Assembly (NCBI GenBank): GCA_018712245.1
Contig: DVHE01000056.1
Span: forward strand, 16,980 to 80,979
Origin: Candidatus Avoscillospira avicola
GTDB lineage: Bacteria; Bacillota; Clostridia; Oscillospirales; Oscillospiraceae
Reading direction: 5' to 3'
DNA: 64,000 nucleotides
In this document: positions 22,968 to 32,118 of the stretch, piece by piece
Numbering within the stretch: the stretch's first letter is position 1
How the letters are laid out: each line of letters begins with the position of its first letter
Notes under the pieces: generated by a model
What the model was told of the DNA's origin: nothing
What the model saw: only the letters and a program-made list of their open reading frames with translations
The model's database searches: none
Made by a program: the position numbers and the translations under genes

Positions 22968-24839
22968 TTAAAACAGCGCCAGCACCTGGGCAAGACACGA
23001 CAACGCGGCGCACAACAGTATCCCCAGGGCTGTTGGCACCGCCATGGAGACCAGCGTCCACTTCCACGACCCTGTCTCGCGGTGGATGGTCAGGCAGGTG
23101 GTGGCGCAGGGCCAGTGGAAGAGCAGGAACAAAATGGTACAGAGGGCCGTCTGCCAAGCCCAGCCGTGGGAGAGCAGCAGCGTGTGGAGCGCTTCGCCTG
23201 AGACTTCGATCAGCACAGCGCTGCCGCTGAGAATGGTCACCAGCAGCGGCAGAAGCAGCTCATTGGCCGGGAAGGACAGGAGAAACGCAGCCAAAATCGC
23301 GCCGCTCATGCCCAGAAAGCCGCCCAGAGGCTGGAGAAACGCCGCCAGATGCAGCAGGAGAGACTGCTCCCCCACCGTCACATGGCCCAAGAGCCATAGA
23401 ACCATTCCCGCCGGCGCCGCCACGGTCACGGCTCTGGCAGTTACCGCGGCAGTACGATCCAACAGGGAGCGCAGCAGAATCTGCCCGACCCGCGGACGGC
23501 GAAAGGGTGGGATTTCCAGCACCATGGGGTTGGGCTCTCCCTGCAAGACGGAGCCGCTGAGCAGCGCTGTGGCGAAAAAGGTCATACCGACACTGAGTAT
23601 GACAAAGGCTGTGAGGATACCAGCACCGATCAGAGAATTTGAAGAGAAAAAGAGCGAGATCAGCACGATCAAAGCCGGAAACCGTCCGTTGCAGGGCACC
23701 AGAGCGTTGGTAAGAATCGCCAGCAGCCGTTCCCGGGGCGAGGTGATGATGCGGCAGCCGATAACGCCGGCGGCATTGCACCCAAACCCCATGGCCATGG
23801 TAAGGGCCTGCTTGCCGCAGCCGCCGCAGCGCTCAAAGCGATGATCCAGCAGAAAGGCCGCCCTGGGCAGGTAGCCAAAGTCCTCCAGCAGTGTAAACAG
23901 CGGAAAAAAGATTGCCATGGGCGGCAGCATCACTGCGACGACGCGGGCGGCGGTGTCATAGGCGCCCTCCAGCAGCAAACCGGTGAGCCAGTCGGGGAAA
24001 TGCAGTGCCGCAGCGCCGGCGTGCAGCAGCTGTCCGATCCAGGTGAGCAGCCGCTCCAGCCACAGAGATGGGACATTGGCGCCAGAGATGGTCAGCCAGA
24101 AAACCCCCAGGAGCAGCAGCACCATGATGATCCTTCCGCTCCAGCGGCCCAACGTCAGCCGGTCCAGCCAAGACATGACGGGCCGCTGCTCGCCGGAGAG
24201 AACCCGGGCGGCGATTTCCTCGGCGCGATGGACAAACCGTGTGGCGGTTCGGTCTGTCATTTTACGGGAAGTGGGGGCAAGAACCTGTTCTCTGTCGCCA
24301 ATCACCCGCCTGGGATGAGTGGGGACAAATCCGTCCACCAGTTCCCTGACCGTTTCCTGGAGGCGGTCCAGCCCCTGCCCTGCGCTGGCGGTGATGCCGA
24401 CCACGGGGACGCCCAGCTCCAGGTGCAGTGCCGCCAAGTCCACGGACAGATGCCGCCGCGCCGCCTCATCCAGCAGATTGACACAGAAAACACAGCGGTC
24501 CGTCAGCTCCAGCACCTGGAGCATCAGGAGCAGATTGCGCTCCAGGCAGGTGGCGTCTCCCAGGACCAGCACACAGTCGGCTTGACAGCTCTTGAGAAAC
24601 TCGGCGGTGATGCGCTCTTCCTCTGACCTGGAGCGCAGCGAGTACGTACCGGGCAGGTCCACCAGGCGATATGTGCGGCCCTTATAGCGATACCGCCCCT
24701 GGGCCACGGCCACTGTCTTCCCCGGCCAATTTCCGGTGTGCTGGTGCAGCCCTGTCAGCGCGTTGAAGAGGGTACTCTTCCCTACATTGGGATTTCCCAC
24801 CAGGGCGACGACGACCTCTTCCCGATCTGCGCCATTCAT
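22968..24839 (-). CDS. feoB: ferrous iron transporter FeoB
   Basis: Starts MNGADREEVVVALVGNPNVGKSTLFN (G1), then DLPGTYS, followed by a long polytopic permease domain. ATG at 24839 overlaps the feoA stop (ATGA). Confidence 0.9.
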   Translation of the reverse strand: MNGADREEVVVALVGNPNVGKSTLFNALTGLHQHTGNWPGKTVAVAQGRYRYKGRTYRLVDLPGTYSLRSRSEEERITAEFLKSCQADCVLVLGDATCLERNLLLMLQVLELTDRCVFCVNLLDEAARRHLSVDLAALHLELGVPVVGITASAGQGLDRLQETVRELVDGFVPTHPRRVIGDREQVLAPTSRKMTDRTATRFVHRAEEIAARVLSGEQRPVMSWLDRLTLGRWSGRIIMVLLLLGVFWLTISGANVPSLWLERLLTWIGQLLHAGAAALHFPDWLTGLLLEGAYDTAARVVAVMLPPMAIFFPLFTLLEDFGYLPRAAFLLDHRFERCGGCGKQALTMAMGFGCNAAGVIGCRIITSPRERLLAILTNALVPCNGRFPALIVLISLFFSSNSLIGAGILTAFVILSVGMTFFATALLSGSVLQGEPNPMVLEIPPFRRPRVGQILLRSLLDRTAAVTARAVTVAAPAGMVLWLLGHVTVGEQSLLLHLAAFLQPLGGFLGMSGAILAAFLLSFPANELLLPLLVTILSGSAVLIEVSGEALHTLLLSHGWAWQTALCTILFLLFHWPCATTCLTIHRETGSWKWTLVSMAVPTALGILLCAALSCLAQVLALF

Positions 24840-25078
24840 GGCGCCGCCTCCGCCGCCACGGTGATGCGGCGGCAATCCTGGGTGCGCAGGGCGATGACAG
24901 CGCCCCGAATGGAGAACGCCATGGGCGATCCGGCCGGCGCTGTGTAAAGATGGCGGACTCTGGTCCCCGCTACCAGGCCCAGCTCCCCTAGCCGCCGCCC
25001 GGTGCCGGGCTCCAGCGTCTCACAGCGCATGACGCCCCAGGCTCCCAGCGGCAGCGCGGCAAGGGACAATTCTTGCAA
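24836..25078 (-). CDS. feoA: FeoA-family protein
   Basis: 80 aa. LGELGLVAGTRV...IRGAVIALR is an SH3-like FeoA pattern. TTG start 8 nt after AGGAGG. Confidence 0.8.
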   Translation of the reverse strand: MQELSLAALPLGAWGVMRCETLEPGTGRRLGELGLVAGTRVRHLYTAPAGSPMAFSIRGAVIALRTQDCRRITVAAEAAP

Positions 25079-25092
25079 GGGAATCCCTCCTT

Positions 25093-25110
25093 ATGATGGT
25101 TTCCCATCAT
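25093..25110. promoter_or_regulatory. perfect 7-4-7 palindrome ATGATGG-TTTC-CCATCAT, candidate operator for feoAB
   Basis: Read directly from the sequence. Lies between the predicted -10 and the feoA RBS. Confidence 0.3.
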
Positions 25111-25138
25111 CCTATGCCCGGCTGCTGAGATCGGTCAA
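25109..25138 (-). promoter_or_regulatory. putative feoAB promoter
   Basis: Minus strand: TTGACC (25133..25138), 18 nt, TAGGAT (25109..25114). The -10 overlaps the palindrome by 2 nt. Confidence 0.35.
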
Positions 25139-25170
25139 AAAAAGAGGGTGCGTTCCACGGAACGCACCCT
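25137..25170 (-). terminator. intrinsic terminator after yajC
   Basis: 10-bp stem AGGGTGCGTT (25144..25153) / AACGCACCCT (25161..25170), followed on the minus strand by a 7-U tract (complement of 25137..25143). Confidence 0.8.
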
Positions 25171-25246
25171 GTATTCTTGTATGGCGTGAAACTCTTTCCG
25201 CAGCGTCTGACAGCTGGGCGCTTGCGCCGGGCTGCCCGCAGAAAAA

Positions 25247-25597
25247 TTATTTTTCCTTCTTTTCCTTCTTCTGCTTCGCCTGCTTGCGGGCCTGAATCGC
25301 GGCTTCCTTTTCCTTGGCCGCGGCCTTCTCCGCCGTGTTGTTGGTGGAAATGGCCCACTTGGTGAACTCAATGCGGACCTTGTCGGCGCCGACTTCGATG
25401 ACAATATTGTCATCCTTCACATGGACAATGTCGCCCACGACGCCGCCAATGGTGGTGATATTGTCGCCCACCTTCAGGCTGTTGCGCATTTCGTTCATGG
25501 CTTTTTTCTTCTTGTTCTCGGGGCGGATCAGGAAGAAATAGAAGACGCCGATCATGACCACCATCATGATAATCATGGACATACTATCTGCTGGCAT
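25247..25597 (-). CDS. yajC: preprotein translocase subunit YajC with a Lys/Ala/Glu-rich tail
   Basis: MPADSMSMIIMMVVMIGVFYFFLIRPENKKKK...LKVGDNITTIGGVVG is the YajC signature. ATG 25595..25597. Confidence 0.85.
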   Translation of the reverse strand: MPADSMSMIIMMVVMIGVFYFFLIRPENKKKKAMNEMRNSLKVGDNITTIGGVVGDIVHVKDDNIVIEVGADKVRIEFTKWAISTNNTAEKAAAKEKEAAIQARKQAKQKKEKKEK

Positions 25598-25665
25598 GGA
25601 ATATCCTCCGTTTCTCAAATTACTGCTATTATACAGATAACCTGGTGTAAATGCAAGAGAGAACG

Positions 25666-26796
25666 CTAAATTTTCCGGTCCAGCACTTCGCTGTAGGTGC
25701 TGCGGAACTGCTGGAACACGCCGCCGTCGATGGCCTCGCGGATGCGCGCCATCAGCGTATTATAGAAATAGAGATTGTGCATCACGCTCAGCCGCATGGC
25801 CAGCATTTCTTCCGCCTTGAAGAGATGCCGGAGGTAAGCCCTGGAGTAGCGGCGGCAGACGGGACAGTCGCACTGGGGATCAATGGGCTGGGTATCCAGC
25901 TCATACTTGGCGTTCTTCAGATTGATGGCGCCGGACCAGGTGAATAGCCTGCCGTGGCGGGCATTCCGGGCCGGCATGACGCAGTCGAAGAAGTCCACGC
26001 CCCGGGCCACCGCCTCGATGATATTGGACGGCGTGCCGACGCCCATCAGATACCGGGGCTTGTCCTGGGGCATGTGGGGTTCCACCGCGTCGATGATCTC
26101 GTACATCGTCTCGGTACTCTCCCCCACCGCCAGGCCGCCGATGGCGTAGCCGGGCAGATCCAACTGCGCGATCTCCTCCATGTGGCGAATGCGCAGGTCC
26201 GGGTATGTGCCGCCCTGGTTGATGCCGAAGAGGACCTGCCCGGGGTTCACGGTGTCGGGCAGGGCGTTGAGCCGGTCCAGCTCGGCCTTGCAGCGCCGGA
26301 GCCACCGGGCCGTTCTGTCGCAGGAGGCCTTGACATAGTCATAAGGCGCGGGGTTTTCAATGCACTCGTCAAATGCCATGGCGATGTCGGAGCCCAGATT
26401 GGACTGGATTCGCATGCTCTCCTCCGGGCCCATGAAGATCTTGCGGCCGTCGATGTGGGAGGCGAAGTGGACGCCCTCCTCCTTAATCCGCCGGAGAGAC
26501 GCCAGGGAGAACACCTGAAAGCCGCCGGAATCCGTGAGGATGGGGCCGCTCCAGGTCATAAACTTGTGGAGGCCGCCCATCTTGCGCACCACCTGGTCGC
26601 CGGGCCGGAGATGGAGGTGATAGGTGTTGGAAAGCTCCACCTGGGTGCCGATTTTTTCCAGGTCCGCTGCGCTGAGTGCGCCCTTGATGGCACCCAGGGT
26701 ACCGACATTCATAAAGACCGGCGTTTGCACGGTTCCGTGGGGGCAGGTGAACACGCCGCGCCGGGCGTGGCCTTCGGTTTTTGTAACGGTAAACAT
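25666..26796 (-). CDS. tgt: queuine tRNA-ribosyltransferase
   Basis: MFTVTKTEGHARRGVFTCPHGTVQTPVFMNVGT, DSGGFQV, and zinc motif CDCPVCRRYSRAYLRH. Confidence 0.9.
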   Translation of the reverse strand: MFTVTKTEGHARRGVFTCPHGTVQTPVFMNVGTLGAIKGALSAADLEKIGTQVELSNTYHLHLRPGDQVVRKMGGLHKFMTWSGPILTDSGGFQVFSLASLRRIKEEGVHFASHIDGRKIFMGPEESMRIQSNLGSDIAMAFDECIENPAPYDYVKASCDRTARWLRRCKAELDRLNALPDTVNPGQVLFGINQGGTYPDLRIRHMEEIAQLDLPGYAIGGLAVGESTETMYEIIDAVEPHMPQDKPRYLMGVGTPSNIIEAVARGVDFFDCVMPARNARHGRLFTWSGAINLKNAKYELDTQPIDPQCDCPVCRRYSRAYLRHLFKAEEMLAMRLSVMHNLYFYNTLMARIREAIDGGVFQQFRSTYSEVLDRKI

Positions 26797-26809
26797 ATAC
26801 GGCCCCCCT

Positions 26810-27850
26810 TCAAGAAAGTCCGCTGGCCAGGAACATGGCGTCTCCAAACGAGAAGAAGCGATAGCGCTCCTGGACTGCCACCTCATAGGCGTGGAGGATA
26901 TGCTCCCGCCCGGCAAAGGCGGAGACCAGCATCACCAGCGTGCTTTCCGGCAGGTGGAAATTGGTGATCAGGGCGTCCATGGCCTTGAAGCGGTAGCCGG
27001 GATAGATAAAGATATCTGTCCAGGCCGAGGATTCATGGAACAGCCCGTCCTCCCCAGCCAGGGATTCCAGCGTACGGCACGAGGTGGTGCCGACGCACAC
27101 CAGCCGTCCTCCGGCGCGGCGCGTCTCGTTGAGCAGCTGCGCCGTCTCCTGAGAGATCATGCAGAACTCACTGTGCATCTGGTGGTCCGTGATCTCCTCG
27201 GCCTTGACAGGACGGAAAGTGCCCAGCCCTACGTGCAGCGTCACATAGGCTATCTTCACGCCCTTGGCCGCGATTTTATCAAGCAACTCCTGGGTAAAGT
27301 GCAGTCCTGCCGTGGGGGCCGCGGCGGAGCCGTTGATCTTGGAGTAGACGGTCTGGTACCGCTCCGGGTCCTGGAGCTCCTCCTTGATATAGGGCGGCAG
27401 TGGCATCTTGCCCAGCCGCTCCAGCACCTCCAGAAAGATGCCGTCATAGTGGAAGCGGATCAGCTTATTGCCGTTTTCCATGGCCTCCTCCACCGTGGCG
27501 GTCAGAGCGCCGTCTCCGAAGGAGAGGGCCGTGCCGGCTTGGGTCTTGCGGCCCGGCTTCGTCAGGCACTCCCAGAGGCCGTCCCCCTTGTCCCGGAGCA
27601 GCAGCACTTCCACGGCGCCCTTGGTGGGCTCCCGATGGCCCAGCAGCCGGGCCGGCAGGACGCGGGAGTTATTCAGCACCAGACAGTCGCCGGGGTTCAA
27701 AAAGTCGATGATTTCATAAAAGTGATGATGGCCCACCGCGCCGGTATCCCGGTCCAGCGTCATCAGCCGGGAGCTGTCCCGCCGCTCCAGCGGCGTCTGG
27801 GCGATCAGCTCTGGCGGTAGGTCATAGTAAAAATCGTGTGTTTTCAACAA
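26810..27850 (-). CDS. queA: S-adenosylmethionine:tRNA ribosyltransferase-isomerase
   Basis: [30 protein letters not shown] and [11 protein letters not shown] are typical QueA motifs. Confidence 0.9.
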   Translation of the reverse strand: MLKTHDFYYDLPPELIAQTPLERRDSSRLMTLDRDTGAVGHHHFYEIIDFLNPGDCLVLNNSRVLPARLLGHREPTKGAVEVLLLRDKGDGLWECLTKPGRKTQAGTALSFGDGALTATVEEAMENGNKLIRFHYDGIFLEVLERLGKMPLPPYIKEELQDPERYQTVYSKINGSAAAPTAGLHFTQELLDKIAAKGVKIAYVTLHVGLGTFRPVKAEEITDHQMHSEFCMISQETAQLLNETRRAGGRLVCVGTTSCRTLESLAGEDGLFHESSAWTDIFIYPGYRFKAMDALITNFHLPESTLVMLVSAFAGREHILHAYEVAVQERYRFFSFGDAMFLASGLS

Positions 27851-27891
27851 TCAAACCTCTTTCCGTCACTGGCAATTTGCATGGTTAAACA

Positions 27892-27920
27892 TTGACAGAC
27901 AGCGCAGGATATGATATGAT
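27892..27920 (+). promoter_or_regulatory. putative promoter upstream of asd
   Basis: TTGACA (27892..27897), 17 nt, TATGAT (27915..27920). A second candidate, TTGCAT-16-TATATT, lies nearer the gene (about 27984..28011). Confidence 0.35.
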
Positions 27921-28062
27921 GATGTGGCCTTCAAAGACATTTGACTTTCTACCGCGCACACATGGCTGCACTGCTGCCTTGCATATCGGCCATATTATAG
28001 TATATTTTGTGTTTTGAAGCAATCCCAACTTACAAGAACACATGGAAATGGAGCGATTGACT

Positions 28063-29154
28063 ATGAACAAGTACAAAGTCGGCATCATCGGCGCCACCGG
28101 CATGGTGGGCCAACGGTTCGTCTGCCTGAACAGCACCCATCCCTGGTTTGAGATCGTGGCCCTGGCGGCCAGCGCCCGCAGCGCCGGCAAGACCTACCGC
28201 GAGGCCGTGGGGCATCGCTGGGCTATGGAAGAGCCCATGCCCGAAGCTGCCGCCCAGATGGTGGTGCTGGACGCCGAAGGCGATGCCGAGAAGATCGCCC
28301 AGATGGTCGACTTTGTATTCTGCGCCGTGGATATGAAGAAGGACGAAATCCGCGCCCTGGAAGAGCGGTATGCCAAGCTGGAGTGCCCCGTGGTTTCCAA
28401 CAACTCGGCCCACCGCTGGACGCCGGACGTCCCCATGGTGGTGCCGGAAATCAACGCCGACCATATCAAGATCATCGACGCGCAGAGAAAGCGCCTGGGC
28501 ACCAAGCGGGGCTTTGTAGCCGTCAAGTCCAACTGCTCCCTCCAGAGCTACGTCCCGGCTCTCCATCCGCTGAAAAAGTTCGGCCTGGAGGCCGCGCTGG
28601 TTTGCACGTACCAGGCGATCTCCGGCGCCGGCAAGACCTTTGAGACCTGGCCTGAGATGGTGGACAATGTCATCCCCTACATCGGCGGCGAGGAAGAAAA
28701 ATCCGAGCAGGAGCCGCTGAAGCTCTGGGGCCACATCGAGGGCGACAAGATTGTCAACGCCGAGGGCCCCGCCATTACGGCCCAGTGCTTCCGCGTGGCC
28801 TGCAGCAACGGCCATATGGCGGCTTGCTTCATGCGCTTTGGTGAAAACAAGCCCGCCATGGAGGAGATCAAGGCCTGCTGGGCCAATTTCTCCGGCCGCG
28901 CCCAGGAGCTGAACCTCCCCTCCGCCCCCAAGCAGTTCCTGCACTACTTCGAGGAGGAAAACCGGCCTCAGACCAAGCTGGACCGGATGCTGGAGGGCGG
29001 CATGGCCGTCTCCATCGGACGGCTGCGGCCCGACACCCAGTATGACTACAAGTTCGTCTGCCTGAGCCACAACACCCTCCGGGGTGCCGCCGGCGGCGCG
29101 GTGCTGCTGGCCGAGCTGCTGTGCGCCGAGGGCTACATCGGCCACAAGGCTTAA
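28063..29154 (+). CDS. asd: aspartate-semialdehyde dehydrogenase
   Basis: MNKYKVGIIGATGMVGQRF (NAD-binding), active-site region VKSNCSLQS, C-terminal HNTLRGAAGGAVL. The ORF track starts 21 nt earlier at 28042. Confidence 0.9.
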   Translation: MNKYKVGIIGATGMVGQRFVCLNSTHPWFEIVALAASARSAGKTYREAVGHRWAMEEPMPEAAAQMVVLDAEGDAEKIAQMVDFVFCAVDMKKDEIRALEERYAKLECPVVSNNSAHRWTPDVPMVVPEINADHIKIIDAQRKRLGTKRGFVAVKSNCSLQSYVPALHPLKKFGLEAALVCTYQAISGAGKTFETWPEMVDNVIPYIGGEEEKSEQEPLKLWGHIEGDKIVNAEGPAITAQCFRVACSNGHMAACFMRFGENKPAMEEIKACWANFSGRAQELNLPSAPKQFLHYFEEENRPQTKLDRMLEGGMAVSIGRLRPDTQYDYKFVCLSHNTLRGAAGGAVLLAELLCAEGYIGHKA

Positions 29155-29170
29155 TTGCAAATGACATAAA

Positions 29171-29200
29171 AACGGGACGCTGCACACGCGGCGTCCCGTT
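29171..29200. terminator. hairpin between the convergent asd and ParB-like genes
   Basis: 10-bp stem AACGGGACGC / GCGTCCCGTT. An A-run sits upstream on the plus strand, so it reads as a U-run on the minus strand. Confidence 0.55.
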
Positions 29201-29202
29201 TG

Positions 29203-29820
29203 CTATCCTTGGTTATCTTTGGCGGCAAAATAGTCGTCACAATATCCGTCCCACAGTTTCTGGTAGTCCTGGTGATTTAACAGGGTCATGTCCCCCGGGC
29301 AGCGGATTTTACGCCGCTGGGCCTCCCGGACAAAATCCATGGTGTAATCTCCTGCCTCGTCCACCACGGCACGGACGACTGTCCAGCCGCTGGCAGCGGC
29401 CAGGTAGAGCCTGGTGTGGCCGTCCAGGGAGATGTATCTTCCATCCCAGGGCGATACCGGCACGATGATTTCGTCCGGGCAGGTGATAAACGTCCGGACA
29501 GCGGCCAGCTTATCTTCATCCACATAGAACTGCGAGGGCTGGATTTGTTCCAGTGGGATGCGCAAAAGCTCCACCGGCGCAAAGGCCTGGAGCAGATTCC
29601 CCAGCGCATCGTAAAAGCGGGTGATATGCGGGGCGTAGAAGCGGAACTCCTCCAGAAGCGGTTCGAGGTCTGGCCGTGCCTTCCCACGGACGACGGCCTC
29701 AGACGAGGAGACGATCTCCAACTCGTACGGCTCACCGTCCGCCAAAAAGCCGCCGTGCTGCCGCAGCACGGCGGGGGAAAAACGCGGATCTTCATAGGTG
29801 TTGATGCGAACGAGTTCCAT
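29203..29820 (-). CDS. hypothetical protein with a C-terminal ParB/Srx-like domain
   Basis: 205 aa. IPLEQIQPSQFYVDEDKL...YISLDGHTRLYLAAASGWTVVRAVV resembles the ParB N-terminal-domain DGHHR core. Confidence 0.55.
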   Translation of the reverse strand: MELVRINTYEDPRFSPAVLRQHGGFLADGEPYELEIVSSSEAVVRGKARPDLEPLLEEFRFYAPHITRFYDALGNLLQAFAPVELLRIPLEQIQPSQFYVDEDKLAAVRTFITCPDEIIVPVSPWDGRYISLDGHTRLYLAAASGWTVVRAVVDEAGDYTMDFVREAQRRKIRCPGDMTLLNHQDYQKLWDGYCDDYFAAKDNQG

Positions 29821-29919
29821 ACGGTTTTCCTTTCAAGATGATGCGCAGGCCGCCGCAGCGCACTGCGGCGGCCTTGATGTCATGGATCGTTTGGACACAG
29901 CAAAACAGGGGCGGAACGC

Positions 29920-30645
29920 TCAGGCCTCGGACAATTGAAGCGCTAGTGTCAGGATCTCGCCGTTGACACGGACCCAAGGCTCAATCTCATCCGGTTTCTC
30001 CTCCTCCGGTATCAAAGAAGAGAAGGCGTCAAAGTAGTTTTCCGCCCAGAGGACGCTGCCCGCCGGCTCGGCGTTTATATAGTTCGCGGCGGCCTCGTCG
30101 GATAATTCGCTGAGATATGCCTCCCGCAAGGCAGACTGCTCTGCGTCAGACAGAGTGCCGGCCAGTGTCATCTTGGGGAACCAGTACTTGAGCTGTTCAT
30201 TGTCCACCCATGTCTGCGCTTCCCCGTCAATGGAAGAGTAGCGGACATATTCCTCTGCCTCTGGCCCGTACTCTGCACGAAGCGCATCCAGAAGCGCCTG
30301 CTGGTCGCAATCGGCGGTATAGAAAAAATGCACCTGACACAGGCCCAGGGGTACGGTCGGGTCATCGGTAAAATTCGCGAAATTGAAGTAGACGATCTGG
30401 GCAGTCTGGCCGAAGGCATCCCAATTCTCCAGGCGCAACGTTCCGCCGCGTTCGCTTTCCTCTTCCCACATCGCGGGATCGAACTCCAGCTCCAGCGCTT
30501 GGCAGACCTCCTCCACGGAGGCGTTCCAGGGAATTCCCTCGAATTCCATCGTGTCAGGCGTTTCCGCTTTGCCGGCACAGGCACAGAGCACGACCAAAAG
30601 GCAAAGCAGCAGCCCGATACAGGGTATGTAGCCGTGATTCTTCAT
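29920..30645 (-). CDS. lipoprotein of unknown function
   Basis: Starts MKNHGYIPCIGLLLCLLVVLCACAGK (lipobox LCAC). ATG 30643..30645. Acidic mature part. Confidence 0.7.
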   Translation of the reverse strand: MKNHGYIPCIGLLLCLLVVLCACAGKAETPDTMEFEGIPWNASVEEVCQALELEFDPAMWEEESERGGTLRLENWDAFGQTAQIVYFNFANFTDDPTVPLGLCQVHFFYTADCDQQALLDALRAEYGPEAEEYVRYSSIDGEAQTWVDNEQLKYWFPKMTLAGTLSDAEQSALREAYLSELSDEAAANYINAEPAGSVLWAENYFDAFSSLIPEEEKPDEIEPWVRVNGEILTLALQLSEA

Positions 30646-30825
30646 ATGCGGCTCCTTTCCTACGTATCTCGTACGGAAATATGCATGATGTCTGGCTGGT
30701 GGCTGCTTCTTGCAAGGGTACTTCCTATTTTTAGAATACCATATTTTCCTTATATGTATCAGTAAAATAGAGTAATTTACATTTTTTCTCACGCTCTTAC
30801 AAATCAGTCCGTACATTTTTATTCA

Positions 30826-30877
30826 GGATAAACAAAAATTGTAAGCCCTGGCGCCGCTTGAAAAGGCGGCGCCGGGG
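30826..30877 (-). terminator. intrinsic terminator after tyrS
   Basis: GC-rich stem GGCGCCGC (30850..30857) / GCGGCGCC (30866..30873), extendable to 12 bp. Followed on the minus strand by CUUACAAUUUUUGUUU. Confidence 0.7.
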
Positions 30878-30883
30878 ATTCTA

Positions 30884-32104
30884 TTAAAGGGTGGCCTTGT
30901 GGAAGACCTTTTTGCCCTTGCGGATCTTGAGGCCGGCCTTCAGGTCGTCAGCGGTGAACTTGACGTCGATGGTGGGGACCTTTTCGTCGTTGACGAAGAC
31001 GCCGCCCTGCTGCACCAGCCGCCGGGCCTCAGACTTGCTAGGGGCCAGCTTGCAGGCCAACAGCAGGTCGAGAATGGCGATGGAGCCGTCGGTCAGCTGC
31101 TCGGCAGAGAGGACCGTGGTGGGCATATCGCTGTCGTCGCTGCCGCCGCCGAAGAGAGCCTTGGCCGCGGTTTGGGCCTTGTCGGCTTCCTCCTGGCCGT
31201 GGACCAGCTTGGTCAGCTCATAGGCCAGGATGGCCTTGGCCTCGTTGAGCTGGCTGCCCTCCCAATTGGCCATGGCATCGATCTGCTCCAGCGGCAGGAA
31301 GGTCAGCATCCGGATGCACGTCATCACGTCGGCGTCGTCCACGTTGCGCCAGTACTGGTAGAAGTCGAAGGGCGAGGTCTTGTTGGGATCCAGCCACACG
31401 GCGCCCTTGGCGGTCTTGCCCATCTTCTTGCCCTCGGAGTTGAGGAGCAGCGTGATGGTCATGGCGTGGGCGTCCTTGCCCAGCTTCCGGCGAATGAGCT
31501 CCGTGCCGCCCAGCATATTGGACCACTGATCGTTGCCGCCGAACTGGAGGTTGCAGCCGTAGTGCTGGAAGAGGTAGTAAAAGTCGTAGGACTGCATGGG
31601 CATATAGTTGAACTCCAGGAAGCTCAGGCCCTTCTCCATCCGCTGCTTGAAGCACTCGGCCCGGAGCATATTGTTCACCGAGAAGCAGGCGCCGATGTCC
31701 CGGATAAAGTCGATGTAGTTGAGGTTCAGGAGCCAGTCGGCGTTGTTGACCATCATGGCCTTGCCCTCGCCGAACTCGATGAACCGCTCCATCTGCTTCT
31801 TGAAGCAGTCGCAGTTGTGCTGAATGGTCTCCCGGGTCATCATGGAGCGCAGATCCGTGCGGCCGGAGGGGTCGCCGATCATGGCCGTGCCGCCGCCGAT
31901 CAGCGCGATGGGGCGGTTGCCGGCCATCTGGAGACGCTTCATTAGGCACAGGGCCATAAAGTGGCCCACATGGAGGGAATCCGCCGTGGGATCGAAGCCG
32001 ATATAGAAGGTGGCTTTGCCCTCGTTGATGAGACGGCTGACTTCTTCCTCATCCGTGACCTGGGCGATGAGGCCACGGGCCACCAGTTCTTCATAGAGTG
32101 TCAT
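30884..32104 (-). CDS. tyrS: tyrosine--tRNA ligase
   Basis: 406 aa. HIGH-type motif SLHVGHF, KMSKS-type KMGKT, C-terminal S4-like domain. Confidence 0.95.
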   Translation of the reverse strand: MTLYEELVARGLIAQVTDEEEVSRLINEGKATFYIGFDPTADSLHVGHFMALCLMKRLQMAGNRPIALIGGGTAMIGDPSGRTDLRSMMTRETIQHNCDCFKKQMERFIEFGEGKAMMVNNADWLLNLNYIDFIRDIGACFSVNNMLRAECFKQRMEKGLSFLEFNYMPMQSYDFYYLFQHYGCNLQFGGNDQWSNMLGGTELIRRKLGKDAHAMTITLLLNSEGKKMGKTAKGAVWLDPNKTSPFDFYQYWRNVDDADVMTCIRMLTFLPLEQIDAMANWEGSQLNEAKAILAYELTKLVHGQEEADKAQTAAKALFGGGSDDSDMPTTVLSAEQLTDGSIAILDLLLACKLAPSKSEARRLVQQGGVFVNDEKVPTIDVKFTADDLKAGLKIRKGKKVFHKATL

Positions 32105-32118
32105 GGTAACAATCCTTT

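Noticed and set aside
27921-28062. Possible lysine (L-box) or other riboswitch in the asd leader.
   Set aside because: The leader is too short and AT-rich, with none of the conserved L-box helices or motifs that I can recognise. A second promoter-like element lies inside it.
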